Of a stretch of DNA of 64,000 bases, positions 1 to 9,897 are shown in pieces. The stretch's first letter is position 1, and each line of letters starts with the position of its first letter. The stretch is from assembly GCA_002688175.1 (NCBI GenBank), contig NZCC01000024.1:18126-82125 (forward strand), written 5' to 3'. The translations under genes were made by a program, and so were the position numbers. The notes below the pieces were generated by a model. The model was not told where the DNA came from. It made no database searches and saw only the letters and a list, made by a program, of their open reading frames with translations. Source of the stretch: Chromatiales bacterium (lineage in GTDB: Bacteria > Pseudomonadota > Gammaproteobacteria > Steroidobacterales > GCA-2729495).

Positions 1-167
1 CACCTGGCTCAACGACCTTATTTTCGGCTTGGCTATCGGCAGCAGTCATATTTTTGTCTATATTATTTCTGACACCCTTGGGATGGTGGGGATACTAAAC
101 GCTGCTTACAAATACTGTATGACCGGCGACCGTACAGTGATCCGAACTTTGCGAATCACCGGAATCC

Positions 168-1250
168 ATGCGACAGTCTGTGCTAGACCATGGATCAATG
201 CGAGAGAGTCGAAAAAACGTGAAAATCCTGAAAGTTGCCCTGATCTGCATCATTGCCGTCATTGCCGTCTCCGTACTCGGTATTTTTGGCTACCTGAGGT
301 TCGGTCTGCCCCCCGCGCATTTCGCCGGGCAGTGTGAAAGCCTGGACCTGAACGAGAGCGCTGAAGATATGCAGATCGACCGCGAACGCGGAATCGCCTA
401 CCTGTCACTTATTGACCGCATGGCACTGGCCAGAAAAGAACCCGTTCAGGGCTGGATCGGCCGCCTGGATCTGAGGGCCGGCACGCGCACTATTGAGCCC
501 GCCCTGATCGATCCACCGCAGCACTTCAGACCGCACGGGCTCAGCCTGCACATCGATACAAACGGTCAACGCAGCATGGTCGTCATCAATCATCCGCTGG
601 AACGCGGTATCGAAGCCGAGCATGTTGAGCTATTCGTGGAGGAGCAACCGGGTCGGTTCAGACACGTACGCACTTTTACCGACGAGCTGATTACCCGACC
701 GAACGATCTTGTTGCTGTCGGGCCCGGGCAATATTACATTGCCAACGATAGCCCGCCGAACAGTGGCGAACTGACAAAGCTGATCTACGTCGACAATGAC
801 AATGCCCGAGCCGTCGCCGATGACATCAATTCGGGAGGCGGCATCAATGTTTCACAGGATGGCAATACTCTTTACGTTGCCGAAACCCAGGGCGAGGCAA
901 TCCGTGTCCTGCGCCGCAACCCGAGCGACGGATCGGTCGAAACCATAAACAGCATAGCGCTCGGCACGGCACCTGATAATATCGACGTTGCTGCAGACGG
1001 CAGCCTGTGGGTCGGTGCACACTCAAACCTGTTTGCGCTGATCATGCATTTCATTGCCGGCACCGACGCACCTTCACAAATTCTGCGTGTTGAGCTTAAT
1101 AATGCGACTGAACCGACAATCAAAGAAATTTACATGAACCGTGGGGATGAAATATCTGCCAGCAGCATCGGCCTGACCTATGGCAAACAGCTATTGATTG
1201 GCTCGATCACGGCTACCAAAATCCTGATCTGTGAGATGGACGGAGCGTAG
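168..1250 (+). CDS. paraoxonase/arylesterase (PON)-like beta-propeller hydrolase with N-terminal membrane anchor
   Basis: 360-aa ORF. Hydrophobic anchor KVALICIIAVIAVSVLGIFGYL. PON-like strings HGLSLHIDTNG...VVINHP, PNDLVAVGPGQYYIAND, GINVSQDGNTLYVAET. The start could also be the Met at 198. Confidence 0.65.
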   Translation: MRQSVLDHGSMRESRKNVKILKVALICIIAVIAVSVLGIFGYLRFGLPPAHFAGQCESLDLNESAEDMQIDRERGIAYLSLIDRMALARKEPVQGWIGRLDLRAGTRTIEPALIDPPQHFRPHGLSLHIDTNGQRSMVVINHPLERGIEAEHVELFVEEQPGRFRHVRTFTDELITRPNDLVAVGPGQYYIANDSPPNSGELTKLIYVDNDNARAVADDINSGGGINVSQDGNTLYVAETQGEAIRVLRRNPSDGSVETINSIALGTAPDNIDVAADGSLWVGAHSNLFALIMHFIAGTDAPSQILRVELNNATEPTIKEIYMNRGDEISASSIGLTYGKQLLIGSITATKILICEMDGA

Positions 1251-1259
1251 CCGGCAGGT

Positions 1260-2924
1260 TTAATCGGCTTCGACAATCTTTATGGTTTGTCCCGGTTCTG
1301 CGGTTTCTATTTTCTGCACGATACCACTCGGCCATATGACCTCGATGTAATCAATCGAATCCTTCGTTCCCAATCCAAATAACAAGCGTGGATCGTTTGC
1401 CGAATTATATCCATGTGCACTGGAATGTTCGCGATATTGCACGAGATCACCGGAGACCAGCTTGACACGTGCACCGTAGCCGGAACGATTACTCTTGGTT
1501 CCGACCAATGAAACTCTCACCCAGTTATTTTCACCACCTGCATTCAAAAGCAACTGGTTTTGCTGTTCTACTCCGACCCGCTTACCCATACTGTAATAAG
1601 TGCGGTTAGTTACAAACAAATCAGGATAGCCATCATCGTTGATATCAGCCGCACCAACGCCGCTGCCAATGCCAAGGCCTTCAGCACCGGAACCGTCGGT
1701 AATATCCGTAAACGTGTTATCACCATTATTGCGGTACAACCGATTGTAAGCCGGCTCCCAGGCGATATAGAACTGCACAAATACCGGCATGCGGATGACA
1801 TCATTGATCAGCACATTTGATTCGCCGCCGTTATTGATATAAATATCCAGCAACCCATCGTTATCAAAATCCGCCATGGCGCAACCTCGCGCACCGCCCA
1901 TGTCGCCGATTCCCGAAGCCATGGTGATATCCGTAAACTTTACTTCTCCCGTTTCTGCGAAGCGGCTGATAACCAGTCGATTAGCCTGATCAGCCGTTGG
2001 CAGGAAGATATCCATATCACCGTCGTTATCGATATCGCCGATACAGGCCCCGTTTGCGTTACCCGGATTGAGCAATGCGAGTGCCTGTGGAGGCTTACGG
2101 TTCCGGGTTATATCCGTGAAAGTGCCATCGCCTTTATTCAGAAACGCGATGTTACTGTCACCCTCGTTCGTCACAAGCAGGTCCTGCCAGCCATCCTGAT
2201 TAAAATCCGTCCAGTTCGGTGAACCCTGCGCATTGGCCTTCAATACCTTGCCAAGAATCCCCGCTCCGGATTGCTCAGTAACATCCACAAAAGTTCCATC
2301 ACCTTTATTGTGGAACAACACGTTATCAACATCATATTCAGGCTGTTTGATGTAAAGGTCCAGATAACCGTCATTATCAAAGTCACCCCAGGCCACACCT
2401 GCACCGGTGCTGCCGATACCACCGGCCTGTACATCCTGTTCATTGCCGGCACGCAACAGTCCGGCCGACACGGTAATATTCTTGAAATTCGGTTCCCCCG
2501 TTTCAATCAACAGGTTCCGGTACGCTGAATGCGGCACCTTCTTTACGCCACGAGCACTCGGCGGCATATTCGCGACAAACATATCCATATCGCCGTCATT
2601 ATCGATATCGCCCCAGGATGCACCACGTGCCAGCCCGCCGCCATTATCAATGCCCCGCTCCACAGCAACGTTCGTGAACCGGCCCTGGCCAATATTTTCA
2701 AACAGGCGATTATCATGGCCCTGCATATGCGCCTCGGTCGGCACAAAAATATCCAGGTCACCATCCTGATCATAATCGACGAATGTCGGCCCGGTGCTGT
2801 TAACGGCCAGGTCTGCAAGCCCGGCCTGTTCGGCAGCATCGATAAACCGAATCGGCATCTCTGCAGCGACGGCACAACCACACACAACCGAAAAACCAAA
2901 TGCCCATATTGCTATTACGCGCAT
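1260..2924 (-). CDS. CRTAC1-family FG-GAP/VCBS repeat protein with C-terminal ASPIC/UnbV domain, secreted
   Basis: Repeated FG-GAP strings (VDYDQDGDLDIF, GDIDNDGDMDMF, GDFDNDGYLDLY, ADFDNDGLLDIY, ADINDDGYPDLF) and a UnbV-like tail (NNWVRVSLVG...GYGARVKL). I chose the internal Met at 2924 (signal peptide MRVIAIWAFGFSVVCGCAVAA, GGAG about 9 nt upstream) rather than the ORF-track start at 2987. Confidence 0.8.
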   Translation of the reverse strand: MRVIAIWAFGFSVVCGCAVAAEMPIRFIDAAEQAGLADLAVNSTGPTFVDYDQDGDLDIFVPTEAHMQGHDNRLFENIGQGRFTNVAVERGIDNGGGLARGASWGDIDNDGDMDMFVANMPPSARGVKKVPHSAYRNLLIETGEPNFKNITVSAGLLRAGNEQDVQAGGIGSTGAGVAWGDFDNDGYLDLYIKQPEYDVDNVLFHNKGDGTFVDVTEQSGAGILGKVLKANAQGSPNWTDFNQDGWQDLLVTNEGDSNIAFLNKGDGTFTDITRNRKPPQALALLNPGNANGACIGDIDNDGDMDIFLPTADQANRLVISRFAETGEVKFTDITMASGIGDMGGARGCAMADFDNDGLLDIYINNGGESNVLINDVIRMPVFVQFYIAWEPAYNRLYRNNGDNTFTDITDGSGAEGLGIGSGVGAADINDDGYPDLFVTNRTYYSMGKRVGVEQQNQLLLNAGGENNWVRVSLVGTKSNRSGYGARVKLVSGDLVQYREHSSAHGYNSANDPRLLFGLGTKDSIDYIEVIWPSGIVQKIETAEPGQTIKIVEAD

Positions 2925-3011
2925 CTTTCCAACTCCAAAGGGTGTCAATTCAATACCGCAAACATGCTTGCGAACATAGTGAACCACCTGATTGTCGAGC
3001 TTTAAACAGGC

Positions 3012-3878
3012 TCAGGCAAGCAGAACGTGATCGAGGATAGCTGCTGTGAGCAACAAGCCGAGTTGCACGATCGAAGCGGCAAAAGTTCGCCAGGCTAGTG
3101 ACACACTCGGCTCAAGATACAGCCTGACACTGGCATAGACAAAGAAAGCGCCACCGGACAATGCGCCGATAAAATAAATCCAGCTCATCCCATACCAGAC
3201 AGGTAGCAACGACAACACAACAAGCACAATGGCATGAGCGAGGATAGTTCCAGTCGATAAAGCTTCACTGGCGACGACGGGGAGCATCGGCACACCGGCG
3301 GCCGCATAATCCTTCTTGCAGGCAAATGCCAATGCCCAGAAATGTGGCGGTGTCCACAGGAATAAAACCATGGCCAATATCAACGGTGCCGGTGCCAGAG
3401 TCGCTTCCGTCGCCGCCGCACCGGCCATGACGGCAAAACTGCCGGCCAAGCCGCCAATCACGATATTCATCCAAGCGCGTGTTTTGAGCCAGACTGTGTA
3501 GACGATGCCGTAGGTGAATGCACCGAGAAAAATATAGATTGCTGCAGCAACGTTCGTCGCCAATGCCGCGGCGACCAGTGATGCGATCAACAACACCGTA
3601 AGTACCGTCAGCCAATACCAATTGGCCCTGAGTTTGCCGGTCACAAATGCCCGTCCACGCGTGCGCTTCATGCGCGCATCGAGATCCCGTTCATAAAGTT
3701 GGTTAAAGGCGCCGGATACCGACGACGATACGAGCACGGCCAGGCCGAGCACGAGCACTTGCCACGAAGAAAGTTCATTCCCCGGACTCACGGCTATACC
3801 CGCCAGGGCACAGGCCATAATCAGGAACCCAAGTCGAACCTTGGCAGTCTGGTAAATCAATTTTATTGTCTGCGCCAT
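3012..3878 (-). CDS. cyoE: protoheme IX farnesyltransferase (heme O synthase)
   Basis: Polytopic membrane protein with the UbiA-family signature and WTPPHFWALA. The ORF-track start at 4085 adds 69 non-protein-like residues, so I use Met70 (ATG at 3878, MAQTIKLIYQ...). Confidence 0.85.
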   Translation of the reverse strand: MAQTIKLIYQTAKVRLGFLIMACALAGIAVSPGNELSSWQVLVLGLAVLVSSSVSGAFNQLYERDLDARMKRTRGRAFVTGKLRANWYWLTVLTVLLIASLVAAALATNVAAAIYIFLGAFTYGIVYTVWLKTRAWMNIVIGGLAGSFAVMAGAAATEATLAPAPLILAMVLFLWTPPHFWALAFACKKDYAAAGVPMLPVVASEALSTGTILAHAIVLVVLSLLPVWYGMSWIYFIGALSGGAFFVYASVRLYLEPSVSLAWRTFAASIVQLGLLLTAAILDHVLLA

Positions 3879-4188
3879 ATAGCTGGTCGGTTTCTCGCCC
3901 GATTCTTGGAATTGATGTGACAAGCTTACCCTATTCAGACCTGAAATCAGACTGTGTCTAATAAAAATCAGGCCAGAATGGGTCAAATAGACTGCTGACC
4001 ACCCCTGAAAAGCGAAAACCGGCGCAATAACGGGTGCCGATGACCGGATTTCAATCTCACAAAAAAGACACCTTACCCGAATCATATAATGACTGGTTAT
4101 ACGAGGATAACAACAACTACGTTCCCCCGGGCCAGCGAAGCCATTAACGTAGTGTCAAGGAGCAAGGTGCTGGAAGAAAGTCGTTACG

Positions 4189-4965
4189 ATGTCATCAAAT
4201 AGTGTAAAGAAAATCGATCTGCCGATCTTCGGCGCTATTGATGCATTTGACGAACATGAATCTCGCCAGCGTGCACTTGACCACTGCAACGAGATCATGT
4301 CGAGCAAACCTGCACAAGACCGGATCACATGGGCCGCCCAACACCTGCCCTCAAATCCAGTCCTGTCCTCAAGCTTCGGTGTACAGGCAGCGGTATCACT
4401 TCACCTTGTGACCCAACAGTTGGCGAATATACCGGTCATTTTTATCGATACCGGCTACCAGTTCCCGGAAACCTATCAATTTGTCGACGAACTGACCGAA
4501 CGACTCGATCTGAATCTCAAGATTTACAGTAGCAAAACCAGCCCAGCCTGGCAGGAAGCCCGCTTCGGACAACGCTGGAACCAGGGCCTTAAAGGCCTGG
4601 AAACCTATAACCAGGAAAACAAGGTTGAGCCCATGCAACGCGCGCTGCGTGAACTCAAAGTGGGTACCTGGTATGCAGGTTTACGCCGGGACCAGACCAG
4701 TAGCCGGATGAACACCCCGTACCTGAGCTGGTCGGGTGATCGCTGGAAGGTACATCCGATTGCGGACTGGACCGATCGGGATGTTTACAATTACCTGAAC
4801 AAGCACGACCTGCCGTATCACCCGCTCTGGGAACAGGGCTATGTATCGGTCGGTGACATGCATACAACCAAACCGCTGCATGCAGTCGATCACCGTGACC
4901 AGACACGCTTTTTCGGCCTGAAACGAGAGTGCGGTCTGCACGAAATAGACCTCTCGTCTCTGTAA
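4189..4965 (+). CDS. cysH: phosphoadenosine phosphosulfate (PAPS) reductase
   Basis: 258 aa. SSFGVQAAVSLHLV, IPVIFIDTGYQFPETY, C-terminal KRECGLH motif. It lacks the CC...CxxC Fe-S cysteines of APS reductases. Confidence 0.9.
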   Translation: MSSNSVKKIDLPIFGAIDAFDEHESRQRALDHCNEIMSSKPAQDRITWAAQHLPSNPVLSSSFGVQAAVSLHLVTQQLANIPVIFIDTGYQFPETYQFVDELTERLDLNLKIYSSKTSPAWQEARFGQRWNQGLKGLETYNQENKVEPMQRALRELKVGTWYAGLRRDQTSSRMNTPYLSWSGDRWKVHPIADWTDRDVYNYLNKHDLPYHPLWEQGYVSVGDMHTTKPLHAVDHRDQTRFFGLKRECGLHEIDLSSL

Positions 4966-5027
4966 GAAAGCTTCCCACCTTTGGGAGCGACTTTGTCACG
5001 GTTCCTGGTGTTTCCCCGCTATTTCTC

Positions 5028-5128
5028 CGGGTCTTTCCCTGGGCGGTATTTTTCCGTCAGTTATTCTTCCGAAACGCCGCAGGAGCGGCTTTAAGGTTTC
5101 GGAAGAATAACTGACGGAAAAAGACCCG
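5028..5128. repeat. long composite palindrome between convergent cysH and cysB (27-bp perfect stem, nested 5-bp hairpin, 9-bp outer stem)
   Basis: 5049-5075 tttttccgtcagttattcttccgaaac is the exact reverse complement of 5096-5122. The loop contains gccgc-agga-gcggc (5076-5089). An outer pairing joins cgggtcttt (5028-5036) with aaagacccg (5120-5128). No 3' U-tract follows the stem in either orientation. Confidence 0.7.
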
Positions 5129-5173
5129 AAACCAGAGAATCGCACCCTAACCCACTACCAAGAAAAAAGTAGC

Positions 5174-6181
5174 TCAACCATCTTCATGCCCACACCCACC
5201 ACGCGTCGGCAACGTAATATCCGTAAACAACGCATCGATCTCCCCCTGACTCTCAAGCGCCGCAGCCTCCCTCGTCAGTTCCGGCGTCAGATGCGGTGCA
5301 AACAACGAGATAAAATCAATCATGTAACCACGTAAAACCGAGTCACGCCGAAACCCGAGCCATGTCGTACATTGCGGGAACAAATCTTCGGCCGACAGGG
5401 CGACAAAATTCTCCTTGTCATCGCACTCATAGGCCAGGCCGGCAACGATGCCGACACCAATACCCATACGTACATACGTCTTGATGATATCGGCATCGCG
5501 GGCCGTGAAAACGACATCCGGCTCGAGTCTCTGTTCAGCAAAGGCATTCTTGAAAGATGATTCACCGGTCAGGCTGAAAACATAGGTCACCAGCGGATAG
5601 TTTGCCAGCATCGATAAATTGAGTGGCCCATCCATTTTGGCCAGATCATGATTCTTCGGCACCAGCACGATTCGATCCCAGTGAAAACCCGGCAACAGAA
5701 CCAACTCTGGAAACAGATTCCGTGAACTGGTTGCAATCGCGAAATCAACGACATTGTTGGCGACGAGTTCAGCAATCTGCTCTGAAGTACCCTGGTGTAA
5801 TTCAAGGTTCACCTTTGGATAGCGTTCGCGAAAAACTTTGATAATTTCCGGTAACACATAACGCGCCTGTGTGTGCGTCGTCGCGATCGACAACGTGCCC
5901 TCTTCTTCACCGGACAAGTCGCTGGCCAGGCTGCGAATATTCTGCACCTCACTCATGATCTTGCGTGCCCGTGCAATCACATCGCGGCCTGCCGGAGTAA
6001 TCGCGACCAGACTCTTGCCCTTACGCGTAAACAACTGCACCTTGAGTTCCTGCTCCAGCAATTTCAATTGTTTGCTGATACCTGGCTGGCTCGTATACAG
6101 GCGCTCAGATGCCGCAGTGATATTTAATCCACTGTCGGCAATTGCCAGCAGGTAGCGAAGTTGTTGCAGGGTCATATTCAA
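5174..6181 (-). CDS. cysB: LysR-family transcriptional regulator, CysB/Cbl type
   Basis: N-terminal HTH MTLQQLRYLLAIADSGLNITAASERLYTSQPGISKQLKLLEQEL closely parallels E. coli CysB. 335 aa. Embedded among cys genes. Confidence 0.8.
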   Translation of the reverse strand: MNMTLQQLRYLLAIADSGLNITAASERLYTSQPGISKQLKLLEQELKVQLFTRKGKSLVAITPAGRDVIARARKIMSEVQNIRSLASDLSGEEEGTLSIATTHTQARYVLPEIIKVFRERYPKVNLELHQGTSEQIAELVANNVVDFAIATSSRNLFPELVLLPGFHWDRIVLVPKNHDLAKMDGPLNLSMLANYPLVTYVFSLTGESSFKNAFAEQRLEPDVVFTARDADIIKTYVRMGIGVGIVAGLAYECDDKENFVALSAEDLFPQCTTWLGFRRDSVLRGYMIDFISLFAPHLTPELTREAAALESQGEIDALFTDITLPTRGGCGHEDG

Positions 6182-6274
6182 GTCTCCCCAAACGGGAATC
6201 GGGCCAGTGGCCGTCAGTTCGAGTCATTCAACCATATAACTATAAGTTAGTTCAAACGATTAAATACCAAAATA

Positions 6275-6300
6275 CTTATAATATATAGTTATATTATAAG
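6275..6300. promoter_or_regulatory. perfect 11-bp inverted repeat (cttataatata-tagt-tatattataag) in the AT-rich cysB/cysG divergent intergenic region; candidate operator
   Basis: Verified base by base. It lies in the 190-bp AT-rich spacer (6182-6371) between divergent cysB and cysG. Confidence 0.35.
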
Positions 6301-6371
6301 AAAATAATATTATTTTTTAAGGACTTGCAAAGAGGATAAGGTACTAGCCCATTCCTGCGAAGTTCCTGCAT

Positions 6372-7859
6372 ATGCGCCATTTGCCACTATTTGCCACTTT
6401 ACACAGGCAACCCTGCTTACTCGTCGGTGGTGGCGATATCGCTGCTCGCAAGGCGCGCCAGTTTCTGGCGGCCGGCGCCGCCGTAACGGTTGTAGCCCCG
6501 AAACTCGGAGCTGAATTGCTGGACGCCGTGGCTGCCGGGCGCCTGAATCACGACCGGCGACCCTTTGCACCTGAACTGATCGGCGATAACCTGCTGATCA
6601 TCGCTGCAACCTCCAACCGTACCGTTAATCAACAGGTTGCCGCAGCCGCAGCCGCAGCGCGACGCCTGTGCAATGTTGTCGATGACCCGGAACTGTCAAG
6701 TTTCATCATGCCCGCAGTTGTCGATCGCTCACCACTGCTTATTGCAATCAGCACCAGCGGTACTGCACCGGTGCTGGCACGACTGTTACGACAACGAATC
6801 GAAGACTGGCTGCCGGCACGAATCGGCAAACTGGCCCGCTGGACCGGGCAATGGCGCACCACCGTCAAACGCCGACTCAATAGCCCAATTGCCCGGCTGC
6901 GGTTTTGGGAGCAGATACTCGACGGACCTGTGGCTGATGCCGTTCTGAACGGTCACATCGAACACGCAAACCAGGTACTCGACCGCAAATTGAATGACTC
7001 TGAGATTGACCCCGGATCCGACCCGTTACAGGGTGAGGCCTGGCTGGTAGGGGCCGGACCGGGTAACCCGGGATTAATCACCCGGCGCGGAACCGAATTA
7101 TTACGCCGTGCAGATATCGTACTCCACGACCGACTCGTTTCAGCCGAAATACTTGCACTGGCCAGGCGCGACGCACAATTCATACCGGTAGGAAAGTCAC
7201 CGCACGGGCCGTCGACGAGCCAGCAAGATATCAATGAACTGCTCGTGCGTCTCGTCCGCAACGGGCATCGTGTCTGTCGGCTCAAAGGTGGCGATCCGTT
7301 CATCTTCGGCCGCGGCGGTGAAGAAATCGGGGCGCTGACCGCAGCCGGACTGCCGGTTGAGGTTGTACCGGGCATTACGGCAGCTGCGGGCTGTGCGGCC
7401 GCTGCATCGATTCCACTCACCTATCGGGGTGTATCAAGCGCCGTGACATTCGTAACCGGTCACGGTGGCTCCGAGGGCACCTCTGATAGTGAAACCGACT
7501 GGCCGGCGCTGGCGGCGAGCCGCCAGACGCTTGCAATTTATATGAGTGTCGCCCGGCTCGAGCATATTTGTACGCAACTGATCAAACATGGACGTACAGC
7601 CGACACGCCGGTGGCCATCATCGAAAATGGCACCCGTAACAACCAGCGCATCATCAATGGCACACTGGAAACTATCCCTGTACATGCTGTTCAATATTCA
7701 ATTGCGTCACCAGCCATGCTGATTGTCGGTGACGTCGTCGCATTGACTGGTACACTGCGCTGGAGCGATGAAGAAACGGGGTCGGCAGAACCACAATTAT
7801 GGGCTACAACAAAAACTAATTTGCCACATCCCGGGCTCAATGTTGCGGATCAACCCTGA
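6372..7859 (+). CDS. cysG: siroheme synthase (precorrin-2 dehydrogenase/ferrochelatase + uroporphyrinogen-III C-methyltransferase)
   Basis: 495 aa. N-terminal Rossmann LLVGGGDIAARKA. C-terminal methylase VGAGPGNPGLITRRG, RLKGGDPFIFGRGGEE. Confidence 0.9.
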   Translation: MRHLPLFATLHRQPCLLVGGGDIAARKARQFLAAGAAVTVVAPKLGAELLDAVAAGRLNHDRRPFAPELIGDNLLIIAATSNRTVNQQVAAAAAAARRLCNVVDDPELSSFIMPAVVDRSPLLIAISTSGTAPVLARLLRQRIEDWLPARIGKLARWTGQWRTTVKRRLNSPIARLRFWEQILDGPVADAVLNGHIEHANQVLDRKLNDSEIDPGSDPLQGEAWLVGAGPGNPGLITRRGTELLRRADIVLHDRLVSAEILALARRDAQFIPVGKSPHGPSTSQQDINELLVRLVRNGHRVCRLKGGDPFIFGRGGEEIGALTAAGLPVEVVPGITAAAGCAAAASIPLTYRGVSSAVTFVTGHGGSEGTSDSETDWPALAASRQTLAIYMSVARLEHICTQLIKHGRTADTPVAIIENGTRNNQRIINGTLETIPVHAVQYSIASPAMLIVGDVVALTGTLRWSDEETGSAEPQLWATTKTNLPHPGLNVADQP

Positions 7860-7903
7860 TATCTGATCCCATTTTTTACATACTCCGTTACAGGGAGCAG
7901 GAA

Positions 7904-8860
7904 ATGATTTACGAAAGTATTGTACAAACAATCGGCAACACACCGATCGTGCGGTTGAATAAAATCGCACCCGAACATATTGATATGTTCGTGAAAATAG
8001 AATCTTTCAATCCTATCGGGTCAATCAAGGACCGGCTCGCATGGGCTATTATCAAAGACGCTGAAAACAGCGGAGCCTTGCAACCCGGCCAGACCGTTGT
8101 AGAAGCCACCTCGGGTAATACCGGTATCGCCCTGGCCATGGTCTGCGCAGCTCGCGGTTACCCGTTTGTGGCAACCTTGGCCGATTCATTCTCGGTTGAA
8201 CGCCGCCAGATCATGCGTGCACTGGGTGCCAAGGTCATCCTGACACCGGCCGCAGAGGGCGGCACGGGCATGGTGCGCCGTGCAGAGGAACTCGCTGAGC
8301 AACACGGCTGGTTCCTTGCTCGCCAGTTTGAGAACCCGGCGAATCCCGATTATCACCGCCAGACAACCGGCCCTGAAATCCTGCGCGATTTTGCCGATCG
8401 GCGTCTGGACTTCTGGGTCACAGGCTGGGGTACAGGCGGCACACTCACCGGCGTCGGTGAAGTCATCAAAGCTGCACGCCCGCAAACAACAATTGTTGCG
8501 ACAGAACCAACCGGTGCGTCAATGCTTGGCGGACAAGACTGGCAGCCGCACAAAATTCAGGGCTGGACACCTAACTTTCTGCCCGACGTCTTGAATCGAG
8601 AAATCTTCGACAAACTGGTGCCGGTCACCGATGAAGATGCAAAGATCAATGCACTACGATTGGCTGAGGAAGAAGGTATCTTCGTCGGCATCTCTTCTGG
8701 TGCAACACTGACAGCCGGGTTGAAAATTGCCGAGCACGCCGAGCCCGGCACCACAATCCTTGTCATGCTACCGGATACCGGTGAGCGCTACCTGAGCAGT
8801 TATTTGTTCGATGGACTCGTCGAGGGCTCGGACGACGAGTGGATTGCATCACTGGAGTAA
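7904..8860 (+). CDS. cysK: cysteine synthase A (O-acetylserine sulfhydrylase)
   Basis: 318 aa. IGNTPIVRLN, FNPIGSIKDR (PLP Lys), TSGNTGIALA, GISSGA. Confidence 0.85.
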   Translation: MIYESIVQTIGNTPIVRLNKIAPEHIDMFVKIESFNPIGSIKDRLAWAIIKDAENSGALQPGQTVVEATSGNTGIALAMVCAARGYPFVATLADSFSVERRQIMRALGAKVILTPAAEGGTGMVRRAEELAEQHGWFLARQFENPANPDYHRQTTGPEILRDFADRRLDFWVTGWGTGGTLTGVGEVIKAARPQTTIVATEPTGASMLGGQDWQPHKIQGWTPNFLPDVLNREIFDKLVPVTDEDAKINALRLAEEEGIFVGISSGATLTAGLKIAEHAEPGTTILVMLPDTGERYLSSYLFDGLVEGSDDEWIASLE

Positions 8861-8885
8861 CACCGTCAACCAACTCAGCACCAAG

Positions 8886-9836
8886 ATGAACGGTTCATCA
8901 CTGATTGAGCGCCTGCTGGTGACCCACCGTCTCAAATCACCAGACGACGGTATGCCCCGATCTGAAATGAGTGACAAATCCGCACCGATGCGAGCATTAC
9001 GGCTCGATACCTGCCTGCGGGAAGTCACGATTGAACTGCTGCCAGCTGCCGATTCGTCAACGCAGGCAATCAGTGACCCGGAAAGCCTGAATGGCATCGA
9101 TGCGTACCGGCTGCTACTGGAAATCACCACCGGACTACGGAGTAAAATCCCGGGTGAAACAAATGTATTCGGCCAGTTTCGCAGAGCATGGCAGACATTT
9201 CTGAACCAGGGTCATCCGACTACGACTGCCGGCCTGACGCCACTCATACATCGCCTGTGCAATGACACAAAAACTGTGCGCAACAACTGGCTCAAAGATA
9301 TCGGCGGCTCGTCTTACGGTAGCCTCGTACGCAGACTCATAAAACCATGCCGACAGGACAGGGTTTTGTTTGTTGGCAACGGTGAACTGATGGCGTCAAT
9401 GTTGCCCTTGTTTGAGAAATTTCAGCTCGGTGTCTGGAACCACCATGCCATCAAGCAGGCACCCGTCACAGTCGATGCTGTGTTCCAGCCTGAACAGGGC
9501 AGCCGGGCTGCGTCCTGGGCTGATCATGTGATTCTGACGACACCATGCGATCAACTGAATGATCAGCGCTGGCGAGTTTGGCTGAGCCACACCCAACCAA
9601 GCACTATCGTCCATCTTGGCCACCGCCACAGCACTCGATTTGACTGGGAAGCCGACATCACAGCCTTTAACCTGGATGATGTTTTCTTGCTGCATCAGCA
9701 GCAAAAGGCCATCCGTTCGGACAAACTCGATAAAGCGCACAGAGCCTGCGCAAACCTGACCAATCTACTTGGTAGCGAAGCAGATATTTACCGTCGACAG
9801 TCCAGGCTATATTCTGCAGGTCTTGTCACAGCCTGA
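8886..9836 (+). CDS. divergent, short glutamyl-tRNA reductase (HemA)-like protein
   Basis: 316 aa from the ATG at 8886 (the ORF-track start at 8811 overlaps cysK). HemA-like blocks are LRLDTCLREV (catalytic-Cys region), AYRLLLEITTGLRSKIPGETNVFGQFRRAW and VLFVGNGELM (Rossmann). The C-terminal dimerisation domain of canonical ~420-aa HemA appears absent. Confidence 0.5.
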   Translation: MNGSSLIERLLVTHRLKSPDDGMPRSEMSDKSAPMRALRLDTCLREVTIELLPAADSSTQAISDPESLNGIDAYRLLLEITTGLRSKIPGETNVFGQFRRAWQTFLNQGHPTTTAGLTPLIHRLCNDTKTVRNNWLKDIGGSSYGSLVRRLIKPCRQDRVLFVGNGELMASMLPLFEKFQLGVWNHHAIKQAPVTVDAVFQPEQGSRAASWADHVILTTPCDQLNDQRWRVWLSHTQPSTIVHLGHRHSTRFDWEADITAFNLDDVFLLHQQQKAIRSDKLDKAHRACANLTNLLGSEADIYRRQSRLYSAGLVTA

Positions 9837-9897
9837 CACCGTGAATACCTGATGCTGTGAATACAATCACTTATTCATTGCAGCGTAACTATTTGTC

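Noticed and set aside
3879-4085. 69-codon N-terminal extension of cyoE
   Set aside because: The sequence is not conserved-looking, and the homologous region starts at MAQTIKL.
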